From contig CAWEXO010000008.1 of NCBI GenBank assembly GCA_963813025.1, positions 64,001 to 128,000 on the forward strand: a stretch of DNA of 64,000 bases. Direction: 5' to 3'. This DNA is from an uncultured Verrucomicrobiae bacterium. Lineage in GTDB: Bacteria > Verrucomicrobiota > Verrucomicrobiia > Chthoniobacterales > JAFAMB01. Made by a program: the position numbers and the translations under genes. This document shows, in pieces, positions 62,458-64,000 of this stretch; positions within the stretch are counted from its first letter, which is position 1, and the number at the start of each line of letters is the position of its first letter. The notes below the pieces were generated by a model, which ran no database searches, was not told where the DNA came from, and worked only from the letters and a program-made list of their open reading frames with translations.

Positions 62458-64000
62458 CTAGTGCGCCGCTGCTTCGGGACCGATGACCCGGCTGCTTCTG
62501 CGAAAGCAAAAGAGGAGTGGGGCGATCGCCAGGCAGACAATCACCAATAGGCGAAACTGGTCCACATAGGCCCAGAGCCCGGCTTGCTGCTGCAAATTCT
62601 GGTATAACACGACGTAAGCTTGGTGATGCGCTGTGACGCTCGATCCGTGAGTCGCCAAAGCGCTCTGGACGGCCGCGAGACTCTCGCGGAATGCCGGATC
62701 AGAGGCCGTCATGTGACCAACGAGGAGCGCCTGGTGCCGCTGCGTGCCTCTCAGAACAAAAGTCGTGATGACGGAAATTCCGATCGAACCACCCAGGTTT
62801 CGCACCAGACTGGTGATGCCCGTCGCGTCGCCCATCTGAGCTTGGCTGACGGTGGCCATCGAGTAGGTCGTCATCGGAACAAAAATTGAGGTGACCGCAA
62901 AGCCACTCAGAATGATCGGCCAAATGATGTTCCCCGGTGCGATCAGCAGGTTCAGGTTCCCGAACATAAACATTGATGCCGCCAGTAGCAGGGTGCCTTG
63001 TGTCATCCAAAGCCGGCCATCGAGGCGAGAAAGAACGCGTCCGGCAATGATGCTTCCGATAATCGCACCGATCCCGCGCGGGCTCATGACCAGTCCGGCC
63101 TGCAACGCGGTATAACCCATGAGATTTTGCAGAAATTGTGGCATAACCGCAGTTGTGCCAAAGAGGATGGCGCCAACGCTCAGGTTGAGAACCATTCCAA
63201 TAGCGAGGTTCCGATCACGCAATACCCTCAAATTAACTATCGGATGTTCCACCCGGAGTTCCCAGACCAGGAACACGACAAATCCCAAAAAGGCGCCGAC
63301 GCCGAGCCATCGAATGAAATTCGAAGAGAACCAGTCCTCATCCTGGCCTTTGTCCAGGAGGACCTGTAGACAGCCAATCCACAGGGCTAGCAGCCCAAAA
63401 CCGACAGTATCAATTTTCCCGGGACGGCTATTCCGCAAATAGGGCGGGTCCTGCAGATAAAGAAAACACATGAGCATCGAGAGAATCCCGATCGGCAGGT
63501 TGATATAGAAGACCCAGCGCCAGGAATAATTGTCGGTAATCCATCCGCCGAGGGTAGGCCCCAGGATCGGGGCGACCACGACCCCCATCGCATAAACCGA
63601 CATGGCCTGGCCACGCTTTTCGTGAGGAAACGTTTCCAGCAGTATTGCTTGCGCGATTGGTTGAAGCGCTCCTCCGCCTACCCCCTGAAGAATCCGGGCG
63701 AGAATCAGCATTCCCAGACTGCTGGCTAAACCACACAGCGCTGACGCAGCCGTGAAGATGGCGATACAAGCAATCAGAAATCGTCGCCGACCAAAATAGC
63801 GGCCAAGCCAGCCAGTCGCCGGCAGTACGACGGCGTTCGACACCAGGTAGCTGGTCAAGACCCAGGTCGCTTCGTCGTTGCTCACCGAGAGGCTGCCCGC
63901 AATATGATTCAGCGCGACATTGGCCACCGAGGTGTCGAGCACTTCAAGAAAAGTGGCCGACATCACCGCCGCCGCGATCAGCCATGGGTTGGCCGCCGGA
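62458..64000 (-). CDS. DHA2 (EmrB/QacA) MFS efflux permease, N-terminus beyond the window end
   Basis: FLEVLDTSVANVAL, WVLTSYL, GRRR, RILQG.GGG and WRWVFYINLP motifs. Confidence 0.93.
   Translation of the reverse strand, partial: PAANPWLIAAAVMSATFLEVLDTSVANVALNHIAGSLSVSNDEATWVLTSYLVSNAVVLPATGWLGRYFGRRRFLIACIAIFTAASALCGLASSLGMLILARILQGVGGGALQPIAQAILLETFPHEKRGQAMSVYAMGVVVAPILGPTLGGWITDNYSWRWVFYINLPIGILSMLMCFLYLQDPPYLRNSRPGKIDTVGFGLLALWIGCLQVLLDKGQDEDWFSSNFIRWLGVGAFLGFVVFLVWELRVEHPIVNLRVLRDRNLAIGMVLNLSVGAILFGTTAVMPQFLQNLMGYTALQAGLVMSPRGIGAIIGSIIAGRVLSRLDGRLWMTQGTLLLAASMFMFGNLNLLIAPGNIIWPIILSGFAVTSIFVPMTTYSMATVSQAQMGDATGITSLVRNLGGSIGISVITTFVLRGTQRHQALLVGHMTASDPAFRESLAAVQSALATHGSSVTAHHQAYVVLYQNLQQQAGLWAYVDQFRLLVIVCLAIAPLLFCFRRSSRVIGPEAAAH

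Overview
This is a 64 kb chromosomal window, probably from a soil Verrucomicrobiota (Chthoniobacterales-like) genome; that assignment is my inference from protein style and repeat families. The consensus has many single-base frameshifts, most likely long-read errors. Housekeeping and metabolic genes include folP, udg, accB/accC, thiE, pcm, efp, kdsD, tal, larC, selA/selB, mazG and an hpnO-like aminotransferase. Transport and signalling genes include a sugar ABC system, an RND pump, two APC permeases, two MFS transporters, a porin, an AlgB/KinB-like pair, a PP2C-Ser/Thr kinase fusion and an unusual TerB/FHA-like ABCG protein. The main finding is a complete IS110-group (IS621-like) element at 18855-20179, inserted at a CT core inside a GTAG-type REP/REPIN repeat that occurs in empty form elsewhere in the window. 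Its left non-coding end encodes a readable bridge RNA: target guides match the REP, donor guides match the element's own circle junction, handshake bases match the post-insertion junctions, and a sigma70 promoter (TTGACA-17 nt-TACCTT) forms only on circularisation. Second, 323-8190 is an IS landing pad where IS630 and IS1380 elements, including a cargo-carrying IS630 derivative, are stacked at CTAG sites inside hexanucleotide repeats. I found no CRISPR array, rRNA or tRNA.
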